A stretch of DNA of 64,000 nucleotides, from positions 6,758,001 to 6,822,000 of the forward strand of contig CM007989.1 of the NCBI GenBank assembly GCA_002189035.1, in the 5' to 3' direction. Origin of the DNA: Utricularia gibba. Lineage: Eukaryota; Plantae; Magnoliophyta. Both the position numbers and the translations under genes were made by a program. How positions within the stretch are numbered: the first letter of the stretch is position 1; each line of letters begins with the position of its first letter. Under the pieces are notes generated by a model. The model did no database searches, had not been told where the DNA came from, and saw only the letters and a list, made by a program, of their open reading frames with translations. This document shows positions 25,712 to 38,300 of this stretch, piece after piece.

Positions 25712-26453
25712 GGTCAACAAGACCCCTCAAGTATTCCTAGTCAACGGCAGCCATTAGTTGACTTCATAATTTTTAACACATTTCTCTTTTATGCGGTTAG
25801 ATATCAATTTGGGTTCATAGTAATCGGAATTTCAAAACTTGAACCAACCTAACCACAAAGTTTCAATTCAAGTTACGGTTCCAAAAAACCACACGAGTGA
25901 TTATTCTACAAAATTTGCTATGATCTTTTTTAGCATATTATTAAGAAAAAGATTTTCAACTATTGAAAGCCAAAATATAATTATGATTGTCTGGGTTATA
26001 ATAAGTTTTTTTTTTTTTAATGAAAAAAGTATACTCATTCCTGTTTGACGGGGTACAAGGTCTCGAGATGTGTGCGAGCCGAAGCCAGTAGACGTATGTG
26101 CGTATTGAGAATGGGTAAGCCGGTCCGGCGACCAACTGCCGTGACGGCAAAGAAGTTGAGAGAAGCTTTGAAAGGTGACCGACGCTTCTTTTGTCGATTA
26201 CATATCTGGTCAAGCTGAAAGGTTTCGTCCCCGCACTCAACACTCGAGTGTTTTTTTGAATGAAAATGATGGATCATGATCTGATCTGATCTAATGGGGC
26301 TTAACAAGTTTCAGGCGGCCGTAAAACATATCCATTTAGAGGCGCTGGGCATATCTCTGGGCTGTAGATAGACAGACACAGACATGCCATTCCATTGATT
26401 TTCTGTAATTGTATCTTCTACGATTCGAAAAGCCTCAATAGGTAAAGGGTCAA
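25712..26453. promoter_or_regulatory. W-box (TTGACY) cluster upstream of the CTNIP/SCREW-like gene
   Basis: GGTCAA 25712, AGTCAA 25739, TTGACT 25758, GGTCAA 26208, GGTCAA 26448; TATATATAAG at 26571-26580. Confidence 0.5.
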
Positions 26454-26618
26454 TGCAAGAAAGTGATACGAACATTCCCTCCAAGGAAGGCATTCCTGCC
26501 ACTGACTTGATTTCCTGGTCTGATTCAACAACTACGAGCATTCTTGGAATGGAGGGTCTAGTTTTCTGTCTATATATAAGAATACAGGGTTTATTATCTT
26601 TCTCTCATTCTCCTAGAA

Positions 26619-26980
26619 ATGACTACTAAAGTTCTTGGAACCATCTGCTTCACACTTGTCCTTCTCACTGGAGCCACGGCTTCAAGGGTCATCCCAACCC
26701 TGCAAAAGGGTTTGCTCGTGGAGACTCAGCTGCGAGGCCTCCCGCCGCCATCGGCGTCATCTTCCTGCACGTATATCCCCGGCATGGATGGCGGCAATCC
26801 GTGCACATTGAGTGAGAAAAACTACGCCGGAGGTAAGGGGAAGGCCGGCGGTTCAAGGGTCGTGGAGGTTGAGCAAAGCCTTTTGGGGAGGCCCTGCCTA
26901 AAGGGCTTCCGCCGCCATCGGATTCCTCGCCGTGCACATACATCCCCGGCGACAATACCAACCCCTGCCCACTGAACTAG
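26619..26980 (+). CDS. CTNIP/SCREW-like secreted peptide precursor with two tandem modules
   Basis: Signal peptide MTTKVLGTICFTLVLLTGATA. Module 1 RGLPPPSASSSCTYIPGMDGGNPC. Module 2, in a shifted frame, ALPKGLPPPSDSSPCTYIPGDNTNPCPLN* (TAG 26978-26980). Confidence 0.75.
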
Positions 26981-27360
26981 GGGGAAAAAAAGACTGCAGA
27001 TAGCCATAGGAGTTCTTCAAGTGGAGGAGAACAATTCTCTTCTCTGCTTTTCTTTTCGTTTTTTATTCTTGTAGAAATATTTCTTGATTTGTTGGTTTAT
27101 GATGATTATTGCGCCATGAAACTTGGTAGCTGAAAACACCTCATTTGGACACTCTAACCATCATCTTTGCAACAACTACGTGGGTTGGTTGGGTTTCACC
27201 TTTGACTTTGGACCTTCCCTTTTGTTTGATGACTTTTCTGGGGGGGCGCCTTACCAACCAGCCGTGTATGACTTCGGTTGCAAGTAAAATAATAGGAAAA
27301 AAGGGGGGCAAGTTGAGAATTTCACAAAATTGTCTTGTAATCGATTTTGCGAAGAATAGG

Positions 27361-27485
27361 AGGGTCGGCCAACGAGCCAACCCTATCGAGTTTCCACAAA
27401 TTATGTCGGCCATATGTCTTGATAGCCATACAGCACCAGCCAATAACCAGGGCTAGCGTGGCATATTTAGCCAACCGACCCTTTT
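27361..27485 (-). ncRNA. U11: U11 minor-spliceosomal snRNA
   Basis: Minus strand begins AAAAGGG. GTCGG/CCGAC closes a multi-hairpin junction; ATCAAGA loop at 27423-27417; Sm site AATTTGTGG at 27402-27394; terminal hairpin AGGGTTGGC-TCGTTG-GCCGACCCT. About 125 nt, directly downstream of a USE+TATA promoter. Lacks the U1 5' end ATACTTACC. Confidence 0.85.
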
Positions 27486-27511
27486 AAGATGACGGGTGCG
27501 ATCCGAGGCGG

Positions 27512-27563
27512 TATTTATACCCGCCTTCCCAAGGTAACCCCATCTCAGCAACCGATGTGGGAT
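27512..27563 (-). promoter_or_regulatory. Plant snRNA promoter: USE plus TATA with Pol II spacing
   Basis: Perfect USE ATCCCACATCG (27563-27553) and TATAAATA (27519-27512), 33 bp apart. This fits Pol II snRNA spacing (about 32-36 bp); Pol III spacing is about 10 bp shorter. Confidence 0.85.
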
Positions 27564-27574
27564 CGGCAGAAGAA

Positions 27575-27615
27575 ATTTCCCAAAATTGATTTCCCAAAAT
27601 TGATTTCCCAAAAAT
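27575..27615. repeat. 14-bp tandem repeat ATTTCCCAAAATTG, about 3 copies
   Basis: Units start at 27575, 27589 and 27603 (third imperfect), immediately upstream of the U11 USE. Confidence 0.8.
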
Positions 27616-27789
27616 ATTTGAATTTGCTTTTAATTTGTATTTTATTAAGGAAAAAAAACACCAATGAATGCCCTCTATCTGGGAAGACTAAAATCGACAT
27701 TTGTGTATAAATGAGGGGCAAAAGTCAATTCCAGTATTCTTGTCACGTTGCAAAATGGATTATCCGTTTGATTAATTAAAGCCCGAAAA

Positions 27790-27797
27790 GAATATTC
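27790..27797. promoter_or_regulatory. P1BS (PHR1-binding site, GNATATNC)
   Basis: GAATATTC about 610 bp upstream of the PHT1 start. Confidence 0.5.
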
Positions 27798-28407
27798 TTA
27801 TTTTAGAGCCTCATCTACTTCTAGCCTGAGCTACATGTGACTAATAAAAAGAATTCAGGCGTTTTTTTAACCTTATAATAAATTACATTTTTTTCTTTTA
27901 CAACATCAAATAATTATATTTAGGTTGAACTCAAGTTAGATTCGCTTTTGAATTCGATTCAATAATTTTTTAAAAATATGAAATGTATATGTGTGATTTT
28001 ATTTTTTAAATATTTTTACAATAGGTTTAATTCATCTTTAATTCAAGATCATGAAAGAAGAATGGATTTTAAACCACTTATTTTTTCACTGTATTGTTAT
28101 TTAATTTTAGAAAATCTAACGAAATCTTAGCAATAAAAGGTAATGGTTTAGGGTTTGGACCATGGGGAATATTGAAAAAATTCTCAACGGAGCTTTCAGT
28201 TCCGCCACGTCGAAATTTCTGTGGCCAACCGGAGAAGTAGACGTGGGAAGACGGCGGAGCTTGAAGTAAGACGTACGTGGCGTTATTTATACCTTTCTGT
28301 AACGCCTTTATAAGCACTGGTGCGCTCTGCTTCATTGTCTGCGTCGGTTTTTGCTCGACTCCCCGCTGTCCTCCGTTGGTTTGTGATTTTACTGAAACTT
28401 TTTGGAT

Positions 28408-30107
28408 ATGGAGGGAGAGGGGACAAGCTGAAAGTACTGACGGCTTTGGACTCGGCGAAGACGCAGTGGTACCATTTCACGGCGATCATTATCGCCGGAA
28501 TGGGCTTCTTCACGGATGCATACGATCTGTTTTGTATTTCGGTAGTAACCAGGCTTCTTGGCCGGATTTACTACCACCACGAGGGCTCTGCGAAGCCGGG
28601 AAGTCTACCTCCGAACGTCTCGGCGGCCGTTAACGGTGTCGCATTCTGTGGAACTCTGGCCGGCCAGCTGTTTTTCGGGTGGCTCGGTGATCGGTTAGGC
28701 CGGAAGAGAGTGTACGGCATAACGTTGCTGTTGATGGTGTTAGCTTCCATTGCATGTGGACTTTCGTTGGGCGATAAGCCGACGGCCGTGATGGCGACGC
28801 TCTGTTTTTTCAGGTTTGCTTTCTTTCAGGCAAGTCAGAGTTAGTTACAGTAAAATTGCCGGGAATAATAAGCCTGTATGCATAACAACAGGTTCTGGTT
28901 GGGATTTGGGATTGGTGGTGATTACCCGCTTTCCGCCACGATCATGTCGGAGTACGCCAACAAGAAAACACGAGGGGCGTTTATCGCCGCTGTGTTCGCG
29001 ATGCAGGGGTTCGGGATTCTCGCCGGAGGAGCGGTGGGGATAATCGTCTCCTCTGCGTTCAAGGCGGCCTACCCTGCTCCTCCCTACTCCGTCGATCCGA
29101 TCGGCTCCACTGTCCCTCAAGCCGACTACGTGTGGCGGATAATTCTCATGTTCGGCGCGCTACCGGCAGCGTTAACATACTACTGGCGAATGAAGATGCC
29201 GGAAACCGCGCGGTACACGGCGCTCGTCGCGAAAAACGCTAAACAAGCCGCTGCGGATATGTCGAAGGTCTTAAACGCGGATCTAGAGTCGGAAGAAGAA
29301 ATCGCCGATCCGAAACAGGAGGGAAAACGAAACGAATTCGGTTTATTTTCAAAGGAATTTCTCCGGCGCCACGGGCTACATCTCATCGGCACGACTACGA
29401 CGTGGTTTCTCCTCGATATCGCGTTTTACAGCCAAAATCTCTTCCAGAAAGACATATTCAGCGCGATCGGATGGATCCCGAAACCCGCAACAATGAGCGC
29501 CCTAGAAGAAGTATACAAAATCGCCAGAGCACAAACGTTGATCGCACTCTGCAGCACCGTTCCCGGCTACTGGTTCACGGTGGCGTTCATCGACAGGATG
29601 GGGCGGTTCGCAATTCAGCTGATGGGGTTCTTCTTCATGACCGCCTTCATGTTTGCTCTGGCGATACCGTACAATCACTGGACGCATAAAGACAACAGAA
29701 TCGGATTCGTGGTAATATACTCATTCACCTTCTTTTTCGCTAATTTCGGCCCAAACGCCACCACCTTCGTCGTTCCGGCGGAGATTTTCCCTGCGAGGTT
29801 CCGATCCACCTGTCATGGAATTTCCGCGGCGTCGGGGAAAGCCGGGGCGATTATCGGAGCTTTCGGCTTTCTTTACGCCGCGGAGTCGCCGGATCCGACG
29901 AAGAGAGACGCCGGATATCCCGCCGGAATCGGAGTAAGAAACGCGTTGATTGTACTTGGGTGTGTTAATTTCCTGGGAATGGTGTTCACGCTGCTGGTTC
30001 CGGAGTCGAAAGGGAAATCACTGGAGGAAATGGCGATGGAAAACCTGGAAGATGAAGAAGCCAAGCACACAGAACCCACCAACAGAACAGTTCCTGTTGG
30101 CGTTTGA
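28408..30107 (+). CDS. PHT1: High-affinity phosphate transporter, PHT1 family (start ATG appears frameshifted)
   Basis: Exons about 28408-28813 and 28892-30107. [35 protein letters not shown]; signature [13 protein letters not shown]; [31 protein letters not shown]. The natural-looking ATG at 28408 is out of frame unless one G is added to GGGG 28419-28422. Confidence 0.95.
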
Positions 30108-32312
30108 AAGTATGATTAATTAGGATGCTAATCCGAGTTTAGCAATAATAAAACCTTTGTATTAATAGTTTGCAAGTGGAAAAATCTTCGAAATAGTGCT
30201 CATTATTTCTCCAAATATCATAATTAATCTCCAAATCATTAATATTCAATGTAGGATAAAATAAATTCCTAATATTTAATAAAATTAATTTTCATTATGA
30301 AACCCTAATTTCTATATAAATTTCAACCTAAACTTATCAATTTTATCAAATAATATAGATTAAGTGTCTATTTTTTATTTTGAATATGTATTTGAAAAGA
30401 TGCAGTTTTAAAAATAATGTGAATATAGTTAATTTATAATTATAAAACTATTTTATTATAAACTATAAATTCAACATATTCAATTATTACATAATTTAAC
30501 ATTATAATATAAATATATTTTTAGATTATATAAAAATAATATAATTTTCATAATAATTATTAAAACATATATTTAATGAATTCGATAATTTATAAAATTA
30601 CATTATTTGTATGATATTATCTGATTTAAATATTTAAATTTCATAATTTTATGTTTTATTCTTTTGGATAAAAGTAGTGGCACAAAATTAGAAATATTCT
30701 TTTATTTAAACATATTTTTTTTCTCCATTCGTAATTAATATGAAATATCGTAATTAAATTTTTAAACTTACATTCTTTTCTTTTTTTATACTAAGCATCC
30801 TCATTGAATATTCACTTATCCTAACATTGGTATGTGCTCAGATTTAACTTTGATTATAGAATAGAATAATTAAAAATCAGAATTTTTAGAATTAATCACA
30901 ATTATTTTGAAAGTTATGTAAAGAATTTGTATACCTTATTTTTATTGAATAGCATAAATTGATTTTGACACCAACCGACTACTCGTTGGCAATTTGGGTA
31001 AATTGAAAACGATAGATTTTTGCATTGTATTTTTTGTTATGAAATGGAATAAAAAAACAAAATATTTTAATAGTGTGAGATGTCAATATTTTACAGGCTT
31101 GAGTTAGGGATTTGATTCAGCATTATTCCCACCTAGCGACTTGAATGCCCATCGCCCTCATTAAAATTTTGCCTTCAAGAAGCCCAGTCATAATAACCCT
31201 ATCCAGCCTTCTTAATTGAAATATACTCCATAAATATTCCAAAATATTTTATAGGATATTATGCACATTTTATTTTTATTAAAATATATAAAAAAAAAAC
31301 ACAAACCATCAGTTTGGGATCGGCTTCAATTCAAGCTACTTTTTTTAATATTACATTTCCTGCATTAAAGGGATAAATAATAAAAAAACGGAGTACGTAA
31401 AATTATAATTTAAACATTTTTTTGGTATTTTTCTTACTATTTTTGTTAGGTTTTTTTGTTGCTTTTAGTAAATTCTGTTTAATAAATATTTAATGTAAAT
31501 ATAAAATGCGCTCTAAAATATGAATTAATGTACACTGAGCAGTCAAAGTTTCTAAAAATAAAAAAGATGGGTTTTTACTCTTTAGCCCCTCTAAGGTGAT
31601 GCACTATTATGGATGTGGAAAATGATGATATTATTAAAATAATTACATAAATCTTGTACGATGTATTTTTATGAGTATGATAGAGAATTTTTGATATAAA
31701 CTTCAAAATTAAGAATACTTAACTTAGGGCAATTTGAGAATTAGTGATCCTAGAAAGATAACTTAAATATGAAAAAAATATAAAATCGTAAGAATTAAGT
31801 ATATGAAACGGATAATATCAACTAATATGAATTGTTATAAAAATAAAAGGTGATTGGAAAGGATGGGATGGTAAATTTTGTTTAGGTTTACGTACGTTTG
31901 AAGTGGGGTCCCACCTGTGTTTGCAAAAGCCACGATATAACAGCGTGGGTGAGAATAGAAAAATGGCGTCCTGTCTGTAGAATCCAAAGTGTGCTCGCTC
32001 TCACTGAAGAACACACGAGTTTTGTCTCTATTCTCAGCCACAAATCTCTCTGTCTCACCTTTTCTTCTCTCGCCGTTCGCCCTGCTGAGAATACCAACAA
32101 GATGTTGTTGGGTCGGATTCCCATTTGGAGATAGATAAATGTGAACTCTGAAACCCATTTGACCTTTTTTTTGTCTGTTGAATGTTGCTGCCTTGAATTT
32201 CGGGAAATGGAGCTCTTTTTCCAGCTGCATTACCGTATTTGATTATTGATTCCCAGGCATTGGGTTTTTTGGGGTAGATCTCTGAACCTCTAGCTGTGAA
32301 ATCAATTGAAGA

Positions 32313-35300
32313 ATGAAGCCTAGTACGCGGCTTTCCTCCGCTGTTTTTCAACTCACGCCAACGCGTACGAGGTATTTGTTTCTTCTCTGGGTTGTTTTTT
32401 TGTGCCATTTGGTTTGCATTGAACTGATTCGTGCGCGTAGGCCGACCCCCAGTTTTAGATCTTTGTGTTGTTTTTCACTTGGTGGGTGCATTTTTGGTTG
32501 ATGTGTATATTTGGAATTTGGAGTAAATCGATGGGATCTGTAAGGGAAAAAAAAAAAACAGAGCTTTCTTGTGGTGCATTCATTGATGATCACATGGGCG
32601 ATAAGGAGTGGACATTTGCAATGATATCTATAGTAGGATATAAAGTACCAGTGACCTAAACTTATTAAAATGTGTCTATATTTTATTGCTCGTACTACAG
32701 TTTCTTCCTGACTTCCGGTGATGATGTGATTCACTTTCAAAACTGCTATTCGCATATTGTGATGAATCTGAGAGATTTTTGGAGTTCCTTGCTTTGCAAA
32801 ATCCCAAATTTCATAGTTTTTCGATGTTCAGGTGTGAATTAATTATAATTGCCAAGGACAAGAAGGAGAAAATTGCTTCTGGACTGATAAATCCGTTTCT
32901 AGTACACCTCAAGACTGCTCAAGAGCAATTCTCCAGGGGTGGTTATTCTATTTTGCTCCAACCTGAAAATGCCAATGATGCTGCCTGGTTTACAAAGGCA
33001 ACTTTGGAAAGGTTTGGTTGGATCTTATCATATTGATGAGTTTACAGAGATGACACTCATTTTCACAGTTCATTTCAACCTCCTGGTCCTTAGTCTAAAT
33101 GAAATCTTGTACTTTTATTTGATTTCTGTTTGTTGCATTCAATTGATATTTGGTATGGGGGTTGGGTCCCGTTTATTATTTATGAGCGAATCATTTATGA
33201 ACTGAATTTACTGGGGGATGCTGAATCACTTCTTTGTATGGGAATTTTTGCGGTCCATTTCCATTGATGCTGACTTTCATTTGGATGGTGTTACAAAGGG
33301 AGATGCAATATGATGATGAACACCAGGATGTTCATGTAGCTCACGACTTAGTTGCAAAACAACATTAACACTGTAAACTATGAACAGGTTTGTCCGTTTT
33401 GTGAGTACTCCAGAGATTTTGGAACGTGTCTACACGGTAGAGACTGAAATCTTTCAGATTGAAGAAGCAATTTTGATCCAAAGCAGCAATGATAGGCGTC
33501 ACAGCAGACATGATTTTGGAAACAATACTGTAATTTCATTGGGAAATTTATTTTTTTGAGATTGTTACTTTGCTAAATTTCGTTAGTAATATTATCAATC
33601 ATTGACAGGTGGAGCATCTTCATGAAAAACCTATGGGTGTCAACACAGGTAGCTGTAGCGTAGTTTCATGATTTTTTATGATTTAAAAAAATGATTGTAT
33701 CCAGTTCATGTGTGCTTCTATTCCCTGCATCGTTTCCTTTTGCATCATGTTTCAATTGTAATAGAAACTTTTATTGGTGTAAGCATTCTGATGGAACCAC
33801 TTAATTGTCTTTTCTTTCAAGTGATGGACTCCATCTTGGCCACTGGGTTAAAAACTTTTAGTTATTTCTATATGGATTGGATTTCACCTAAGCATTTCTC
33901 AAATTTGCTTCTTCTTGACTGGTCATTTACTTTTCAACACTGATCTCTTGAAAATAATGGGCAGGTGACAAACCAATCTCCAATTGTGATGAGAAAGCTA
34001 TTGTTTTATACACGGTGATTAGTTGTTTAGCTTTCATTCTCCTCATTCAATTACCATGCGTTTGTTTACTATTATCTTTCTCAACAGCCTGGGCCGCTGC
34101 TGCCCGAAGCTAATGGGTCATGTCACCATGAGGAGGACCCGAAGTATGTGATGCATTTTTAATATAGAACTTGAGATTCCTTCTCTGAGAATTATTTGGG
34201 ATTTGTGATTACTAGGCTGTCCAGGAAAACCAGCTCAGTTATTTCAGTTTATGTTTGTTCCTCATGACTGTTTCCATGTGATGTTGTATGAATGTTCAAT
34301 GCTTGATCTTTCAGCAAATACAAACACTATAAATGACATATGTATATTTGAAATCTAAATTTGTTAATCTTCATTTCCAGAATAAAACTTTTGAAAGTCC
34401 TTGAGACCCGTAAAAGTATCCTACAGAAAGAACAAGGAATGGCCTTTGCTCGTGCTGTAGCAGCTGGATTTGAACTAGATGACATGGGTCCTCTGGTCTC
34501 TTTTGCAGAATGCTTTGGTGCCACTCGAATGAAGTAAGTTTTTTCTTTCTGACCATCTGACAATGTGTCGCTGAGATCAATAATGCGGTATGCAGCTCAG
34601 TTTGTTAAGCTTGCATCTGAGTGGCTGTATCTTCTAAATAGGGAAGCATGTTCAAGGTTTGTGGAACTTTGGAAGAGCAAACACGAAACTGGCCAATGGC
34701 TTGACATTCAACCATCAGAAGCATTGGCTGATCAGTCCGATTTCTCAATGAAGAATACATCCGGAATCATCCTCTCTGATACTCTTTTGAACAATGGTGA
34801 ACCTAATCTTATGCAGGGATCTAAGGGGAATTCAGGTCCACCAAATGAGGCAGGTATGCAGCAATTCAATGTCAGTGACCAGTTGATGTTGTTACTTATG
34901 AGTATCTTCATGCTATTACACATACTGTTTTCTTTTTTTTTTACTTCTGATTCCTTTACCTTCAAATCTGAATCAGCATCTTAGATAAGCCTAGCATTCC
35001 AACTGATAATATTTCGTGAGCATTTCAGGTGAATTGTAAAGTCATGAATGTGTGAGGATAACACTCGGTCTTAGTTTTTACAAAAAACCATACTTTCAGC
35101 ACCATTGCTCATTGTTCATTTTCTGCAAGGAGCATTTACATTTGTCCAGTTCGCTATCTTGTAATTTTCGTGTTTATTTAACTGCTAACAGGAGACAGCA
35201 TGGTCCCGAATGGTCAACAAGAGTTTTATCAAGCTCAGTTTCCCCAGATTGCGTATCCCCCATGGCCTATGCATGCTATGCCTGATGGTCAACCACCTTT

Positions 35301-38300
35301 CCAGGCATATCCAGTTCAAGGGGTACCACTATACCAGCCTTATTCAAGTGGTCAGTTCTTTCAGCCAAATCGCCATCCTGTAGAGCTTTTTGCATCAAAT
35401 TTTAGTCCTTCCGATATTCAAAAGCACTCCTATGATAACATTGATGGTAATGCTACAAGAAAGGCCAGTGAGATTAGCAGAACAGGAGCACATGATGATG
35501 TAGCATTGGATGGTCCTCAGAGTGTAACATCTCAAAAGAAAGTCGGTAGTTCCAGGAAAAAGAAGTCAGATACAGTAGTTATACGGAATATTAACTACAT
35601 CTCTTCTAAAAGGAGAAGTTCTGGAAGTGAGACAAGTTCTGGTTCTCATTCGGATTCTGATGATAAAGATGAGTTTGGTGTGGCTAATGATAATTACGAC
35701 CGAATTCAGAGTTCTTCAGGGGCAGGAGGAAGCAGAAAAGATCCTGATGACAGGCAGTGGCAGGCGTTTCAAGAATGCTTATTGAGAAAGAGTGACGAAG
35801 AAAATTTTGCTGAAAAAGATGCAATTTTTGCAGCAGAGAAGGATGCTAAGATAAAAAGGCAGGCTCTTCCTGCAACTGACGGTGCATTAACTCAAGTTAT
35901 ACGGGATTCACTTGGAATACAAAATGGTAGGGACATCAGTAGATACAATGAAAGCACTTCTTGTAGGCCGTTGGGATCAAGTGATGAAACCTTTATCCCT
36001 AGTGTAGGGAATGAGTTAATTGATAGAAACCATGAGAGAAGTATTCAGTTTTTGGAGGCTAATGGGAGGAGAGTTCTACGTAGAACAATTCATGAGGATT
36101 TTATGTTTGATGGTCCAAGGAACCAAGACGATTTCAGGAATTCTTATGATCCTCAGTATGCAAATTCTTTTCATGACGCTTCCAATAAGGAAGAGAGGCA
36201 TTGCTCAAGTGGAGTTCCGGATGAATTGCTTGTTCCATTTAGGTCTCAGTCATTAGCTCCATATGATGAAACAAACAGAGCTGCTGTTGATGTATGCTCT
36301 GAGATTCCAGGCAAAAACCTCAAGATGGGGGATGCGAGACAGCAGAACGAAGTGAATTACGAGCCTAATGATTTGGGTTTGCTGCCTGAACGAGGCACCG
36401 AGAGTAGATCTTTAGAATGCAATCCAGCCCTTGACTATGAAATGCAAGTGTGTGCAGAGGGGCCAAAGGGAAAGTTGAATAGCAATGTAAATAGATCTGA
36501 AAAGGGTTCAAAATCAAAACCGAATTCAGACATGTCACATAAACACAGAACTGGAGGGCCTGTTAGAAAGGGCAAGAACATGAAGGTGAGTCCTCCTGCA
36601 GATGCTCGAGCACGAGCTGAGAAATTGAGATCTTACAAGGAAGATTTGCAGAGAATGAAGAAAGAGAAGGTATGTGTAGTCCTTATTTCAGCCATGTCAT
36701 GCTGCACTCAAATCGATATCTGCTTAAAATTTGTGCCATTAAGCTCTCAACTCTTTCTTGAATTTCTGAAGTATGTGACCTCTACCTCGAACTTTCATAT
36801 ACATTGTGAAATTTAGAGACCCATTTCTTATAATGCCTTCAGCTTTTTCTTCCCCTGTTTTATAAACACGTGTTCTATTGTGAATTGTGCACAGGAAGAG
36901 GCAGAAAAAAAGAGGCTTGAAGCTTTAAGGGTTGAGAGACAAAAGAGGATCTCTGCTAGAGGCAGTTCCTCAGGCAAGCCCTCACCCCTCCTTCCGCAGG
37001 TAAAGCAGCTGCCATCCAAACTTTCTCCAGCAAGTAGTAGAGGGTCAAAGTTCAGTGATTTGGAGCCGCAGTCATCATCACCTCTTCAAAGATCCAAAAT
37101 CAGAACTTCACTCAGATACAGTGAACCGAATACAGTCATGAAATCGAGTAAACTAAGTGACGGTGTCCATGCCTCTGGGAATAGGTTAGCCAGGTCCTCA
37201 TCATCATTGTCTGGGGCAAAAAGAGAGGAAGACAACGCCACGCCTGATTCTAAGTCCTCTTTGCCCTGGATAAGAAGGCTTTCAGAGCCCAAAACGGTAT
37301 CAAACCCCCCTTCAACAGCAACCAAAGCACGAAGTGCTGAGACTGCATTTGCCCGGAAATCAGTCAAGGGGCCTGATAAAAGCAAGGTATCTGCTATCAT
37401 CAACCTTGATAAAAGCAAGGGTGAAAGTCTTCCTGAACTGAAGATAAAGGGTTCAAAGTTTCCTATAAACATTCATGATCAAACACCGTCCTCAAAGGAA
37501 GTTGAAAATGCAAATAACTGCAATGTGCCTCAGAAGGTGGATGCAGATGATGGTCATGTAGTTGAGAAAATTGTTGTGGTAAGTGAAGAGGAGAATCCTT
37601 CTTTTCTGACTTCGTCTGTGTCAAAAAGGCCTATGATTTGTGATGGGCATAGCACCCAAGAAACAGTTCAAGAGGCGGCTCTTCTTGTTCCTAATGTACA
37701 GCAAGAGATGCAAAGCATTTCCAAAACAATGGTTAATGTCCATCACTCTGTGGGAGGCCGTGGCAATCATCAGCCAGACTATGAAAGGGCTAATAAAGAA
37801 AGATCTGAAACAGTGTCAAGAGCTGAAGAATCTGCTAAAGAACTTCCGCCTTGCAATATGGAAGACAATGTGGATCATCAAAAGGGAATTGATGAGAAGG
37901 CTTCAATAAAGGAGACATCAAAAGGTTTGAGACGTCTTCTCATCTTTGGAAAGAAGCATCATGTTTCCTCAACTGCTGATCGAAGTGTTGACTCGGAAGG
38001 TGGTGGAGAAGCCAATGACACGAAGAAAATGACTTCACCACCAGAAGGTAACTGCATTTCTCATCTCAAGTTTGTGTGATGACAATGCATTAACTCTATG
38101 CCTGGCTAGCCATTGCTACAGTGAACTTGAAGCTCTCTTCCTGTGGTTATTATCTATGCCATGTTGCCCTCTCATGTCACCTAATTTCCTCTGTATTCTT
38201 CCTGGTTCCAGCTCAGACTCTGAAAAATCTAATCTCAGAAGATGATAATTCAGCAGCGGCAGGTGCTCCTCGAAAGGGTAAGTCCTTTGGCTTCAAAATG

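Noticed and set aside
26311-26541. 76-aa minus-strand ORF behind the peptide-gene TATA box
   Set aside because: The ATG would coincide with the expected TSS, no family is recognisable, and the region is explained as promoter.
27506-27526. Hairpin AGGCGG-TATTTATA-C-CCGCCT, first read as an LTR or terminator signal
   Set aside because: The loop is the TATA box of the U11 promoter; there is no LTR, PBS or PPT context.
32717-32771. C/D-box-like motifs (GTGATGA...CTGA) in CIP7-like intron 1, and ATGATGA near 60505 on the minus strand
   Set aside because: Too short or lacking a D box, with no terminal stem and no rRNA antisense element I could identify.
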